A stretch of DNA of 56,392 bases, the filler included, from Diploschistes diacapsis (lineage: Eukaryota), in the NCBI GenBank assembly GCA_023645945.1. It is 5 parts of 5 records of this genome, joined end to end, with 100 filler letters (N's around TTAATTAATTAA, not from the genome) between each part and the next. Parts side by side here need not be neighbours in the genome. Positions count along the whole stretch, not along the records: positions 1 to 11,222 come from JALAIB010000849.1; positions 11,323 to 22,517 come from JALAIB010000850.1; 3 more parts are not named here. One strand, written 5' to 3'. The notes under the pieces were generated by a model that had not been told where the DNA came from, did not search any database, and saw only the letters and a list, made by a program, of their open reading frames with translations. Numbering within the stretch: the first letter of the stretch is position 1; each line of letters begins with the position of its first letter. Position numbers and translations under genes: made by a program. Below, piece after piece: positions 1-11,819 of the stretch.

Positions 1-720
1 ATTATAAATTACGCGCTCGCGCGTTATTTTTTTTTTTTTTATATCGATATTACGCGTAATAAGTATCGTATTATTATCGTCGTTTCGTTAATGGCGGTAA
101 CGATATTACGTAATATTTTTAAACGTTTAATTAAACGTTTAGAAGTTATTTACGTAAAATTAAAACGCGTTAAAATCCGTTACGATTATCCGAAGGATAT
201 CCGCGACGGTAAAGAAACGCGTCTTTTACGCCGGGAGGTCCGTAGAGAAGTTGTAAAGCCTCCCCGTAATAAATAGCGGCGGCAAGGGTGTCGGGGCCCG
301 CGTAGGCTCGGTAAGAGCGGCGAAGGTAGGCGAGTTACGGGGCGGTGAAATAGTAGGCGTCGGGACGGGCGAGAGGGTAACACCACGATTTAGAACGACG
401 GAGAGGGCGTCGTAGAATATAAGGTTTTTAAAACTTAATTTATCGTTATCGGCGATTATATCGAACGTAGCCTCGACGGCGATAAAAAGGACGGTAAAAC
501 GCGTAAGGCGAGTAGGGCGAGTAGATAACGAGGTTTCTATAATATTTAAAAAAAAAATTAGAATAATAAAATTAAAAATAAGAAAAAGAATATATAAGCG
601 ATCGTTAAATAAATAAATATAATTAAAAAGAGCGTTAGTTCTATAGATACTTATAATTATATATAAATTAATATAACTAAAAAAGTATCTTAAAAATTAT
701 GGTACTTATCATGTAATTTA
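1..720. repeat. AT-rich, RIP-mutated repeat/transposon relic at contig end
   Basis: CpA/TpG almost absent while TpA and CpG are abundant (1-60 contains no CA or TG); no credible ORF; matches the CpA->TpA RIP signature of ascomycetes. Boundary approximate, family unidentified. Confidence 0.7.
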
Positions 721-847
721 TATGTATAGTAGGCAGAATAAGACTTGCCACCAATGATGGAACTGATGTCGCGTAAGTGCGGCGAGTGATGTGATTATGC
801 ATTTCCCGCCTATCCCAGGAAATTTTTTTAAATTCTTTCAACCCTGC

Positions 848-1728
848 ATGCCTGTCTTACATTGTCGGCAGCGACTGTTACGCGAGGTTTCTACATACGC
901 TCGTCATGGAGCTCATACAAGAAGCTTCAGCAGCTCGGTAATCTGTCTTTCGGGCCACAGCCGGTGGTCCAAGATCAAGCATGACAAGGGCAAGGTTGAT
1001 GGACGCAAGAGCAAGGAGCGCTCCCTAATCGTAAAGGAACTTGCGACAGCTTCGAAATGTACGGTCCCAGAGTAATGCAACAAAGCATCCACTAATTACG
1101 GGTCGTAGATGGTGGCCGCGACCCCAACCTCAACCCTCGTCTCTCCCTCCTCGTCTCGAACGCGAAGAAAATGGGCTTTCCAAAGGCTTCCATCGAGGCG
1201 GCCATCGCTCGCGGCCAGGGCGTCTCGCCATCCGGTGCTGCTCTAGAGCAACTGACCATCGACTTCATGGTGCCCGATATCAACGTCGCCGGCCTCATCG
1301 AGTGCGAGACCGACTCCAAGGCGCGGACTATGCAGCATGTAAGGGACACACTCAAGCACTTTGGGGGAACAACGACAGCCGCGGCATATATGTTCGATAG
1401 AAGAGGGAAGATTGTCTTCTCCAAGGAAGATGGTGGCAAGTGGGATGAGGAGCACGTCTTGGACAAAGCCATCGAGAGTGGTGCCGAGGATGTCATTGTC
1501 GAAGACGAAGATGCTGTGATTTTTACCGGGCCGAACGAGATTGCTGCGGTGGCCGAGTCATTGTCGGCACACCTCGGGCTGAAGCCTGAGAGCCAGGAGC
1601 TCATCTGGGAACCGAAGAAGGACATGGGCGTGAGCCTCGCTGCAGAGGCCACCGTGCTGCTTCAGAAGATTTTGGACGGACTACAAGATGACTCTACCGT
1701 ACAGGAGGTGTACCTCAATACGGTGTGA
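848..1728 (+). CDS. TACO1: YebC/PmpR/TACO1-family mitochondrial translational activator (exons 848-1058, 1109-1728)
   Basis: Arg-rich presequence then GHSRWSKIKHDK, GGRDPNLNPRL, PKASIEAAIAR, YMFDRRG and VQEVYLN motifs; 50-bp GTACGG...ACTAAT...TAG intron joins the two ORFs in frame. Confidence 0.9.
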
Positions 1729-1888
1729 CCGGCAAACCTCGGCCGCGTTAGAGTGGCTTCAGGCATCAGTTGCTACTATCATGTGAGAAGTACAAACATA
1801 GCGCGGGCTAAAAAAAAAAAAAGGGGGCAACATTCGAGTGATGCTGTACATAGACCAAGGTTGTATGGAAGCTCCTTGTATTGTACAT

Positions 1889-4075
1889 CTATGCTATTTC
1901 CAATAGATGAACAATCTCCATCAGAGGCTCATACATCACTCCGGCTTGCAGCGACTCATATATCACGCTGATCCTGGAGCCAATAGTCTTCCTGTCCCCA
2001 AGATCTCCTTGCTCGCCGACCTCCTCAGCAGTCACGGTTGGGTGCTCCTTCAAACCCTTATGCAACGGCACACCGAGCCTCTCCCTCACAAATTGGTACA
2101 TCATCTTCGAAGCAAAGCCAAGGTATCTAGGAGTGCTCGGTTGCGCGAAGAAAGCCTCTCTTGCGCTCCCATATCCTTTCGCAAGTAGCTCGCCGAGGTT
2201 GCTTTTGTATGCCTGCATAGACACGAAGAACTGATGGCCAATCTTCCCCTCGTTACTGGTGAGAAGCGTTCCTACCTCCTCTAGAAGCATGCTAGTAACC
2301 TCTGCAGCGGTAGCATCGGCTCGCTTAACAAGGTCGAAAGAGGAGAGGCTAAGCCACTTCTCTCTGATCCTAGGCCAGATTAAGGAACTGTGCATTGTCT
2401 CGGGATCATCAGAAGACCCGCTTCGTACATCCTGATAAAGCTTCGAGATAAGCTCCAGCGATTGGCGTTCCACAGCTTTAGAGAACTTCAAATCGAGACA
2501 GCGGAGATCAAGCGCTTGGCATAGAGCATACAAGTACGCTGAAGACATTAGAGAGAGGATGTCAATTGCCTTTAGCACGTTGCGTGCTGCGATTAGAGCC
2601 AGTGAGTTGATAGCCTCGTTGTGCTCTTCGGCTGATTGCACATAAGGTCCAACAGGATGCGATATGTGGGCCAGCTCGGACATGTAGGCGGCCATGTTGA
2701 TGTCTACGCCTTTGAAGGTCATTGACAGACTCGGATCATCGGCGCAAAGGTTCGGCGGGAGTCCCTTGTTCTGTTTAGAGTTGAGGAGTTCGGAGCACTG
2801 GGCGAAGAGCAGACGACCCAGAGCCTGTACAGCCGAGATTGTCTTGTCCATGGCTGAGGTCAATGATGCCGCTTGGAAATTCCCACCATTATGAATCACG
2901 TCGCCTTCGACATCCACAAGAGGGTTATCGGTGGTCGAGTTGAGCTCAACTTGAATCTGCTTGACCGCGAGAGCAAGATCCTCCAGTTGGGGTCCGATCC
3001 ACTGAGATGCCGTGCGAAGGGGATACCTGTCCTGTATCATGCCCGGCTCTTTCGATTCTCTTTCCGTTGCAAGGTCAGATTGAGCCAGGAAGGCAAAGAT
3101 ATTTGATGCTACTTCTATTTGACCGGAGTGAGGCCTGATTGAGGCAATAAAGGGGTGGTGGTTTTGTCTACTTCCCTGGAGCGCTTCCGTACCCATTGCA
3201 GTCAGGACTTGTGCCAATACTGCAAGCTGACGAGCCTGAAAAACCGCAAAGCATGCCGCTGAACAGCTTGCGGCAGTTCCGTTGAGGAGACCTAGGGCTT
3301 CTTTAGGTTCGAATATTACGGGCTCTAAGCCCGCTTCTTTGAGCGCCACATCTGCTGTAAGAGTTCGCTTCTCTGGCGACAGGCCAACTTGGACATGGAT
3401 GTCGGAGTTACCTTCTATAGCCCCGCAAATGTAAGAAAGAGGATTCAAGTCTCCCGAAGCAGAGACAGTGCCTCGCAGAGGAACGACAGGAACGATATTC
3501 TTCGCAAGCAGAGCCAAGATAGCTTCGATGGTCCCCAAACGAACACCTGAATGGCCCCGAAGCAGCGAATTAGCCCTGATGAGCATCATCCCCATCACGA
3601 TTTCCGTTGATAACGCATGGCTGTCGAGCCTTCTCCAAGGCTCATAGGGCGTCGAGGCTCCTGTATCCGCTGATGTCAAGACACCCGATGTCTGTAACTG
3701 TACAAGAGATTTTTGTAAGGACTTTACGGCATTTGTACTCGTGCCGGCGCTGGCTCCAATGCCCGTATTCACCCCATAGATTGAATGGCCCTTGCTGATA
3801 TGTCGTTGGATCAGTTGGACACTTGCGAGAACACGTTCCTTCAAGACCGGATCCACGCTGATAGCTGGTATGCAGCCATATCTAGAAAAAATCTTAGTCT
3901 TTCAGGTAGGCTCGCTAAGTCCTGGATCGTCAAACCGAGCAACAGCTACAACATCCGGAATCTCAAGCGATCGTCCGTCCAGCACCGGGTGGGGGGATCC
4001 ACGCTTAGCGCAATTAATTGCTGCCTCCAAGCAAAGCCAGTCCTGCCTCAAGTCTGTAGAGAATGTAGAAGACAT
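1889..4075 (-). CDS. PAL: Phenylalanine ammonia-lyase-family (MIO-dependent aromatic amino acid lyase), 710 aa (exons 4075-3936, 3881-1889)
   Basis: GTVSASGDL (ASG MIO tripeptide), YGVNTG, PKEALGLLNGT, QDRYPLR, NSTTDNP and GGNFQ motifs; upstream exon MSSTF...LDGRSLEIPDVVAVAR spliced via a 54-bp GTTTGA...TAG intron; total 2133 nt in frame. Confidence 0.92.
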
Positions 4076-4576
4076 CGAAGTCGAGGCGGAAACTCAACGA
4101 GATGAATAACCAAGTGCAAGCTTGGGCCACGTCACCTGGGAGGATAAGGAAAATGAAAGAAAGATTGTGAAGGAAGACCGCTGTAGCTGTGAAATTATCA
4201 AACCTGCCCCAGATTCGCTCCCACAAACGAAGCTGCAATAACATTAAAGAGCAGCCATCACGATTGGCTGGCATGCACCTTTGACACGACGGAGCAAGCT
4301 TGCTATACTATAAAGGTGTTTGTTTTAAGCGGAGAACAGTTTGGAGGGAGATCCATCCCAGTCTCCCAACCTCTTCCACATGCAGACTGGGGTCAGGTTC
4401 TCTACTCTGCAATTATCTTTGATTATCGCTAGTCTTCGCTCGGTACATGATTACTCTACAAGCTTGTATTGTACGCTGTGATCATAATTCGTAAGCTCTT
4501 AGCTCATGCCTCGAGAACTGCCGATCCTCCCTACTAGTTCCTCCTCAGCTAACATACAGATGTGAAAATTGGTTTG

Positions 4577-5145
4577 TCACTTGGACGAAGCTGGCGCGAC
4601 GAAGTTGAGGTCGAGCTCCGAGATAGCATAGTTGTACGGGTTGTAGTAGCCGGTCGCCGTTTCGTAGACGCTGAGCACTTGCTTGCCGGAAAGATAGTCA
4701 CTGGCGGATAGCGTTAGCAAACGCGTTTCGCCACCGCACCACAACAAGTGGTCAGTTGGCAGGGTGTTACTCACCCGTCTTGGGGATAGATGGTGATGTT
4801 GAAGCGGTAGGAATAGAAGCCAGCAGGTGCGTCCTTGTTGTCGGGCGTTCGGTCCTTCACGAGGAGCTGCCCGCTCTTGGTGCTGCTGGGATTGTGCAGC
4901 CAGACGGAGCCATCGATGCTGCTCGTTTTGAAGTATTGACCGGAGCAGTAGATGACTTCGAAGGTAGTGCCGTCCTCTTGCTGTTGGATGGTGGTGTTGC
5001 GTGCGGGCTTCTTGATACCTTGGCTGCCTTCACCGCAGAGTGTGGTGGCTCGAGGGGCGAGAATGGGCTCGCTGAGGATGGGTGACGCGAAGGCGGCAGT
5101 GAGGAGAGCGGCGCTGGCCAGGAGAATTGAGCAGAATGAAACCAT
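4577..5145 (-). CDS. Small secreted protein of unknown function, 164 aa (exons 5145-4775, 4700-4577)
   Basis: Hydrophobic signal peptide MVSFCSILLASAALLTAAFA|SP; GTGAGT...GCTAAC...CAG intron (4774-4701) joins two ORFs in frame; two Cys in the mature part. Confidence 0.8.
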
Positions 5146-5583
5146 TGCGACGGTTACTGGGGAAGAAACGGGTTTCGATGCTCAGAGAGGCGTAGTCTGT
5201 GCGCGGGCCTTGCGAATTTGACTTGAATGCAGAGGAGGAGATGCAGGCACGGTAGGGAGAAAGAAAAATGGCAGGAGCTATTGAACATTAAATACGCATA
5301 TGCATGCCGGTGCTACTTTTGGCTATCCCTCGTTGACGCAGCACTGCTGCAGCAGCCCGCAGCAGCTGGAGCCCTCAAAGTCAGGCTTCAGACCGGATCT
5401 ATATACCGTGCCAGCAAGTTGTAGTGTTAACTGTACTGTGCACCAAAAGCAATACGAACGTAAATACCGTAACAGGAACAGCAAATATCAGGGCTCAACA
5501 TGCACGTGCACGGCAGCTATTCTGTACGAAGCGAAGCCTGTTTCCAACTAAGCCTAAAATAGATGTGGGAAGGGCTCACAAAC

Positions 5584-5661
5584 ATCATATCATGTCACAT
5601 CATATCATGTCATATCATATCATACTGCCATATCATATCATATTGTCATATCATATCATAT
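5584..5661. repeat. Degenerate (CATAT)n pentanucleotide microsatellite
   Basis: catcatatcatgtcacatcatatcatgtcatatcatatcatac... read directly. Confidence 0.85.
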
Positions 5662-6749
5662 TGCCAGTTCTTACATCAAGCTGCCTCAGCTAACTATGTT
5701 CCATATGTCAATTAATTCAAGAGCATATACTACTTCAAAGCTATCGCGACTTATGTGTTCGTAATTAGAAAGCGAGCCAATTAGCATCTATAAATACTCT
5801 GAACGGGTAGCGATGATTGGTTTGCTTGGTCTTGGTATGACTGTCAGTACGCGTACGCTGCAGCTATAAAAAGGAGATAGCTGGCTGCAGCTGAAAACAT
5901 TTTAACGTCGTTCCCCGCAATAAGGTAAAGGGGCTAGCGAAAAAGTTTTGGACAGTAACGGGCATGCGCGATTCAAGCTATCCCGAAGTACGAAATACGA
6001 ATGAATGTAACGTTATAAAAGATGTTCCCAGCCTCATCCTTTGTCGTGCAATTCTTAGTAGGAAGTGTTGGATTAAACCTTTTATTATGGCTAGTGTTAC
6101 TTGCCTACCAATTAACGAGTATCGGAAGACCCCACTGAAGTGCTTAGGTAGGATAGAAATTAATATCATATGAATGCGGCTGTTATGACAGCTTCCGGAT
6201 CTGAATTGGATCTGGCATCTGCCATAACAACTGGCGTCGCAGCGTTGGTGTCTGTCTCACAACGTTACCGCCATTCTTCTCTTACTTATTGTTCCCCTTA
6301 CTTGCTCATCATGAGTCTCATACTAAGCCTTTTAAGGAAAGTGACAAGATTCAGTTTCAAATAGGCGCGGAAGTAACCTGCAAGTTTTGCTTAGCTGAAC
6401 AGATTCATACCAGTCTAGATCCTATCTTGTTCATAGCCAGTGAGTGACCAATGGGGATGGCAACTTTTCACAAAATGTAATCCAAAGCGCTACCAGGTGT
6501 TCTCGAGAGGAGTTCCAAAACTTTGCTTTTTGCGTACTGCCAATGCGTTTACTTACTTCTCTCCTTAACGTCTCCGGTACATTTCTTATGCGGCTTCTCA
6601 TAATGCTTCTCGTTTGGCTTTAGTCTTGTAATGTTTTCGTTGACACCGTTAGTATGGAAGGGATTACCGGTTAATTCCCAACGGAAAACTTCAACTTTCT
6701 TTATACTAACACTTACCTCGCCACGGGTACGGCTGCGCCGGCTACCTTC

Positions 6750-8129
6750 ATGAATACCACGGATCATCACTTGGTTAACGATGCGGCTGCATCGTCTTCG
6801 CCGGCACCTCTAGTTGGATGGGTATTGGAGACTTCAGGACGAGGGACATTGAGTTTGATCACAACATGCCTGACGACGGTCTTTCTATGTACGTGGGTGG
6901 TAATACATCCACGAGTCTGCAACAATGACCTCTATGCTATATTGCACAAGCTTGCCATTTTCTTCAAGGCAACACTCGCGCCAGAGCTCATAGCAGTTGA
7001 AGGGTTCCAGGAATGGGCGCAATGCCAAAGAATGGAAAAGGAATGTGTGGCATTCACTGGAGGAAACTTCAAGGCCGTCCATGCTTTCTATGTCAGCATG
7101 CTTGCTTTGAGATACCGCACACCGAAAGGGAATAGGGTTATTTGGCCAAACCAATACAGATGGCTGCTCCAGCAACATCTTGTCGACTGGAAAGATCATG
7201 AAAGCTGGGGCCTCTCTACAGAAAACATAAGCGACAAGAGCAAAGCTGATAGTGTTGCAAAGCTCATAGCTCTGGTTCAGGTGTCTTGGTTCGTTGCACA
7301 ATGCACGGTGCGTGCCGCCCATGATCTTCCTCTCTCGCAGCTTGAGTCCATGACTCTTGGTTATGTCCCGTTGTTCGTTATCACATACTTCTTCTGGTGG
7401 CACAAACCGAAGGATATCAGATCGCCATCAATCGTGGAGTTGCCGGATATGGCTCCAGAACAGAAGCATATCTTCGAGTCAATGGCTGTCAGCAATAAAT
7501 TTGATAATGAAGGAATGAAAGATCAAGCGACATACTGGAGCATATGGTATCTTACACCGCGCGTCTTTGAGAAAGAAGAAGAAGACAAAGCAATACAGGA
7601 CGCCCAGGGGAGAGCTGCCGAGCATGCTGCGCGCCGTGCTAAGGAAAGAGCTGCAAAGAACCACACAAAACTTCCAAATCCAGAGGCCTACCAGAAAAAT
7701 TTCGTCAGCGAAGTTGAGATCCAAGATCCAGAAGACCTTCAGATCAAGATACGAAAAGAAACAGTCGTGTCTCACTGGGACCCCCATCTTTACAGATCAA
7801 AGATCTGGCCACTGACCTGTCTTTTCGGAGTTTCTTTCGGAGCCCTTCATCTGGCCTCGTGGGATACTGTGTTTCCCACAACTGTCGAGCTGTGGCTATG
7901 GCGTATTTCGGCGTTTGTTTCCATCGTGTCAATCCTTGTATTCATGCACCTAGAGAAGGTCGTCCTGCGTTATGATAGGTTCTCGAGCATGATTGGCATC
8001 CTATCTGCGGGTCTCTACCTCCTCAGCCGCATCTTGATGATGGGAGAGGTCTTTGCAGCGCTCAGAGCCGAAGACCTGGCTGTTTATAGCACCTACGAAG
8101 TCTCAACCTATTGGATACACCTTTTCTGA
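6750..8129 (+). CDS. Conserved fungal multi-pass membrane protein of unknown function, 459 aa, intronless
   Basis: Long ORF with several hydrophobic segments and motifs RGTLSLITTC..TVFLCTW..IHP, APE, DKSKAD..AK, QLE, W.KPKD and FGALHL.SW...FPT, typical of an expanded uncharacterised fungal family. Confidence 0.8.
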   Translation: MNTTDHHLVNDAAASSSPAPLVGWVLETSGRGTLSLITTCLTTVFLCTWVVIHPRVCNNDLYAILHKLAIFFKATLAPELIAVEGFQEWAQCQRMEKECVAFTGGNFKAVHAFYVSMLALRYRTPKGNRVIWPNQYRWLLQQHLVDWKDHESWGLSTENISDKSKADSVAKLIALVQVSWFVAQCTVRAAHDLPLSQLESMTLGYVPLFVITYFFWWHKPKDIRSPSIVELPDMAPEQKHIFESMAVSNKFDNEGMKDQATYWSIWYLTPRVFEKEEEDKAIQDAQGRAAEHAARRAKERAAKNHTKLPNPEAYQKNFVSEVEIQDPEDLQIKIRKETVVSHWDPHLYRSKIWPLTCLFGVSFGALHLASWDTVFPTTVELWLWRISAFVSIVSILVFMHLEKVVLRYDRFSSMIGILSAGLYLLSRILMMGEVFAALRAEDLAVYSTYEVSTYWIHLF

Positions 8130-8543
8130 GAATTAAACAATGGGTAGTGTTCATCGCAGTTGATGATTTACGTGCAGCCCGTGATAGAGCTAGCTGTTTT
8201 GTATAACTTGATCTCATTCGAGTAATATCTCGGAGCACACACGAACGTCCACGCCGGTGCTGGGGAATATAGGCTAAATGGCATAAGTGGCATGCATTCG
8301 GTAGTTTGGGAGAATGTGATATAGCCAATAGCCTCATAGAATCTTCCGCCGACCATATTCCTCATTCCGATATAGACAGCCAAGCAAGAAGGTTGCCGTG
8401 AATTTAGCCGTAAGCAGGCCAGTTACCAAGCGCATGGGATGAACGGGCCAGTAGTTTCGAAATCGCACTTCAAACTTGTATCCCGCACAGAATGTTAGAC
8501 AATTACCTTGAAAGATCCCATACCATACACGCGTGTAATCAAT

Positions 8544-9749
8544 TCAACAGGTGAATGACGGATCCGCAGCTTCGAAAGAGCGCATCACAGCCATTGTGAC
8601 TACCGGGTAACCCATGACAACGTCATGCAAGCCAGTTTTCAGTATCTCTTCTCGAATCAAGCCGTGATCTGTGCGCCATTCCATGACTGACCCGGCAGCG
8701 CCCAAATCTACCATGGAGTCCAACTTTTTCCGTTCGAGTTCGGCATAGCTTATTCCGGCGGGTACTGAAGCGTTGACCGCATGCCAGAAAACAAGTTGGG
8801 TGTGGTGCCATGGAATGTCATAATCGTCCTCGGCATGAATTATCGTTAGGCGGTAGGCCTCTTCGTTGGCCTCGTTGGCACGGACATATTGTGCAATGTG
8901 GTCTTTGTTCGACCACTTATCGCGAATAAAGCTTTGGAGGTACTTGAACAAGAGCGGAAACCTGGCGAGTGGCGAGAGAAGTGGGATAGTTCCCGCAATT
9001 CTATAAGTTGAAACAAGTGTGGCCGTGTCCACAAATGGCGCAATAAGAACGGTGCCTGCGAAGACAACTGACGGAGATTGCAGAGCATGGTGCGTAGATA
9101 CTGCGGTACTCACTGCGGTGCCCATCGATTGACCAAAGATGAGAATACGGGAGGGAGGAATGCCCGCGACCTTCATAGCCCAGTCCACAACTGCAAGAGC
9201 ATCTAGAACAAGTCCGCTTTCGGACGGCGAGCCGGTACTCCGCCCAAACCCTCGATAGTCAAATGTTAAGACGTGGATTTTTCCAGGCTGACCTGCAGAC
9301 AACGCACGGTAGTTGGGAACCCTGTATCCGGAACCGACAGTTCCCCCAGCTCCATGCATATGAACGATTAGCCGAGCCTGAGGGTCGTCGCGCAATAGTG
9401 TGAATGCGAGTCGAGACGTGATGTCGGAAACGAAACCAATCGGCTCCGCAACGAGGGACATTTCATGCTTGCGGTATAATTCAACGGGAAGGATATGCCA
9501 CGCGTACAACGATTCACCGTCCGAAGTCCTGATCGAGAAAGGAGTGACCTGGTTCCTTAGGAAGCCAAAGGTCTCTGGGACGTTGAGATCCTTGAACCAC
9601 GTCATCTGAATCGCGTGTAAGTAAACGACGTGAGATTGGACATTCGACGTCGTTAGTAGTCCCAGTAGCGCCGCGTAGAGTACAACCACCACTGCTACTG
9701 GAATGGAGGCATATTTGAAGAAGGAAGCGACAATTCCGCTGGTAGACAT
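8544..9749 (-). CDS. ABHD12-like alpha/beta hydrolase with N-terminal membrane anchor, intronless
   Basis: HGAGG oxyanion motif, FDYRGFGRSTG.PSE, nucleophile elbow GQSMG, HAEDDYDIP (Asp) and GLHD (His); first ATG at 9749. Confidence 0.88.
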   Translation of the reverse strand: MSTSGIVASFFKYASIPVAVVVVLYAALLGLLTTSNVQSHVVYLHAIQMTWFKDLNVPETFGFLRNQVTPFSIRTSDGESLYAWHILPVELYRKHEMSLVAEPIGFVSDITSRLAFTLLRDDPQARLIVHMHGAGGTVGSGYRVPNYRALSAGQPGKIHVLTFDYRGFGRSTGSPSESGLVLDALAVVDWAMKVAGIPPSRILIFGQSMGTAVSTAVSTHHALQSPSVVFAGTVLIAPFVDTATLVSTYRIAGTIPLLSPLARFPLLFKYLQSFIRDKWSNKDHIAQYVRANEANEEAYRLTIIHAEDDYDIPWHHTQLVFWHAVNASVPAGISYAELERKKLDSMVDLGAAGSVMEWRTDHGLIREEILKTGLHDVVMGYPVVTMAVMRSFEAADPSFTC

Positions 9750-10461
9750 GCTGGATAACCTTGGGGAAGGTAAAAAAGGCGTCAACGATTCTTTTCTTGC
9801 CTATAAGTTAAGGCTGTGCAAGACGGATGGCGCAACAAAATATGTAAAGATTTATTGACTTCGAAGTAAATAATGGTGGATCGCTTTAAAACATCATTAG
9901 CACCATGGAAAGCCATGCTCACACCATGTTGCCGACACCGCTTTACCAAGGTACATGATGCACAACAAGTAATAGTGGTGCTTTTATCAGCGGTTTCCTC
10001 GAAACTGTCTAAAGAGAGGTTTGACGGCCGGAATATTATTTACTGGAAATACGGTACAGGGGTGAAGGCCTGAAGCGTCATGTTTCGCTCTAAAATACTA
10101 TTCTATTAAAATCGATTGAACTTTAATGTTCTTAAATAAAGTGACAATAGACTCTATATCCAATTAAACGTCTATAATGGTAAGGATTATTTATAACAAA
10201 CAGTTTTCGTAAGTAAATTTCATATTTTTCATGAAAATGTGCCTTTGCTCTTAAGTTACAATTAGATTTCCAATTAACATGCGTTCATTATATGAAACTC
10301 AGTAAAACAAGCTAATCTAAAAAGGACTTGGTGGTTACTGAATTCTGGAAAGCCGGTTTCAGTGTTAAGGCCATATTGACATCCCTCGCTTACTGATAAC
10401 CAGTTATAACCAGTTAAGCTTACACCTAGTATCACCAGACAGCATCTTCATTTTCAAAAAC

Positions 10462-11222
10462 ATGACCCTCCTCGGCAAGCGTAAGCGCCGCGCATCCCTC
10501 CAAGCAACCTCCCCTCCTCCACAGCCAAATAGCGACTCCGACTCCCGCTTCAGAGCCCTCCTACAGAAGCACTTTGAAGCCACCTACGCGCCACTTCCCA
10601 CCCTCTCTACCCCGCAGAAAAACCCTGACGAATCATCCGACGATGGAGGCGAAGACAGCTCAACCTCAACCTCGTCCGAGCCCTCAGACTGGTCCGGCCT
10701 GTCCGACCGCTCCACTGCAGAGGTGGAGGTGATAGAGCACAGCGGCGCCAGCGGCGACATGGATAGCGGATGCGCGGAAACATCGAAACTCGAGCGGAAG
10801 GCCTTCATGGTAAGCCGCCCCTGCCCCCTTCCTCCTCTCAGCTCGCACGGCGTCTCCGCCTCCGCTGATCCCAACCCAGACATGCAAACCGCCTCCGCAC
10901 GCCTCCGCTTCCGCATCCCACCCGGCCAAGAACACCCCCTCCTCCACGGCCGCGCCCCTAGCAAATTCAGCCTCCGCCTCCGCCGCAGCCCTGGCAGCCA
11001 ACGACCTGGCCTTGCACCGCCTGCTCACGGAATCGCACCTCCTCTCCGCCAATCCCGCATCCTCCCTGAACCCGAACCCCAACTCCACCCTCAGCCTCAG
11101 CCTCAACCCCTCCCTCTCTGCCCGCCACGCCGCCACCGACCTCCGCCTCCTCTCGCTCGGCGCCAAAACGCCTCTGAAGGCGCTCGCGCAGAAAACCATG
11201 CCGCTCGCGCACAGGGTCGGGA
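10462..11222 (+). CDS. FAF1: Faf1-like 40S pre-rRNA processing protein, 3'-truncated by contig end (exons 10462-10809, 10880->11222)
   Basis: MTLLGKRKR, FRALLQKHFEATYAPL, acidic tract, RKAFM; GTAAGC...CTGAT...CAG intron restores frame to NDLALHRLLTESHLL...RHAATDLRL..LGAK...KTMPLAHR. Confidence 0.75.
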
Positions 11223-11322
11223 NNNNNNNNNNNNNNNNNNNNNNNNNNNNNNNNNNNNNNNNNNNNTTAATTAATTAANNNNNNNNNNNNNNNNNNNNNN
11301 NNNNNNNNNNNNNNNNNNNNNN
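11223..11322. other. Artificial contig-joining linker N44-TTAATTAATTAA-N44
   Basis: Exactly 100 nt, six-frame stop linker; identical at four places. Confidence 0.98.
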
Positions 11323-11342
11323 CTGCTGCTGCTGCTGCTGCT
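11323..11342. repeat. (CTG)n trinucleotide repeat at contig start
   Basis: ctgctgctgctgctgctgct read directly. Confidence 0.85.
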
Positions 11343-11819
11343 CTCTGTTGCCAGCTTTTGCATGTCCCTCTCGCCGGCCCGTTGAGCTGGATTACTCCAT
11401 GTAGGGGAGGGGGGGGGAGTGTTAAGGGAGCAGAATCTGGATGAGATATATCGGGGGCTTCGAGGCAGCAGGCTATGAAAGGAAAAATCGAAGCTGTACG
11501 TAAAGTATCAGTATCCAGTTGTTTTTTCGGAAGTCGTGCGTGCACGTTGCGCGCGCGCGAAGTCTTCGCTCTCAACATCATGAAAAGTAAGCTTCTTTGG
11601 GCTTGAGAGTGGCCATCTTCTATCTATGCAATCTAATTACCAAGTAAGCAAAATGCGGTTTCCTAATCAAGGGCAGTAACCCCGAGCGCTCGATCTGAAG
11701 CTTTTCCCTTTTCCAACTTCTAAGATGGTTGGTCTCGCCCTTGCTCTTGTCTATCCACTCCGGTTCTTACTCCTCATCAAGATTGTATCCCACCCCTGCA
11801 AGCGAGCAAGCAAACAAAT

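Noticed and set aside
11267..11278. TTAATTAATTAA recurring about every 11.3 kb as a biological periodic repeat
   Set aside because: Always embedded in N44 flanks; synthetic six-frame stop linker.
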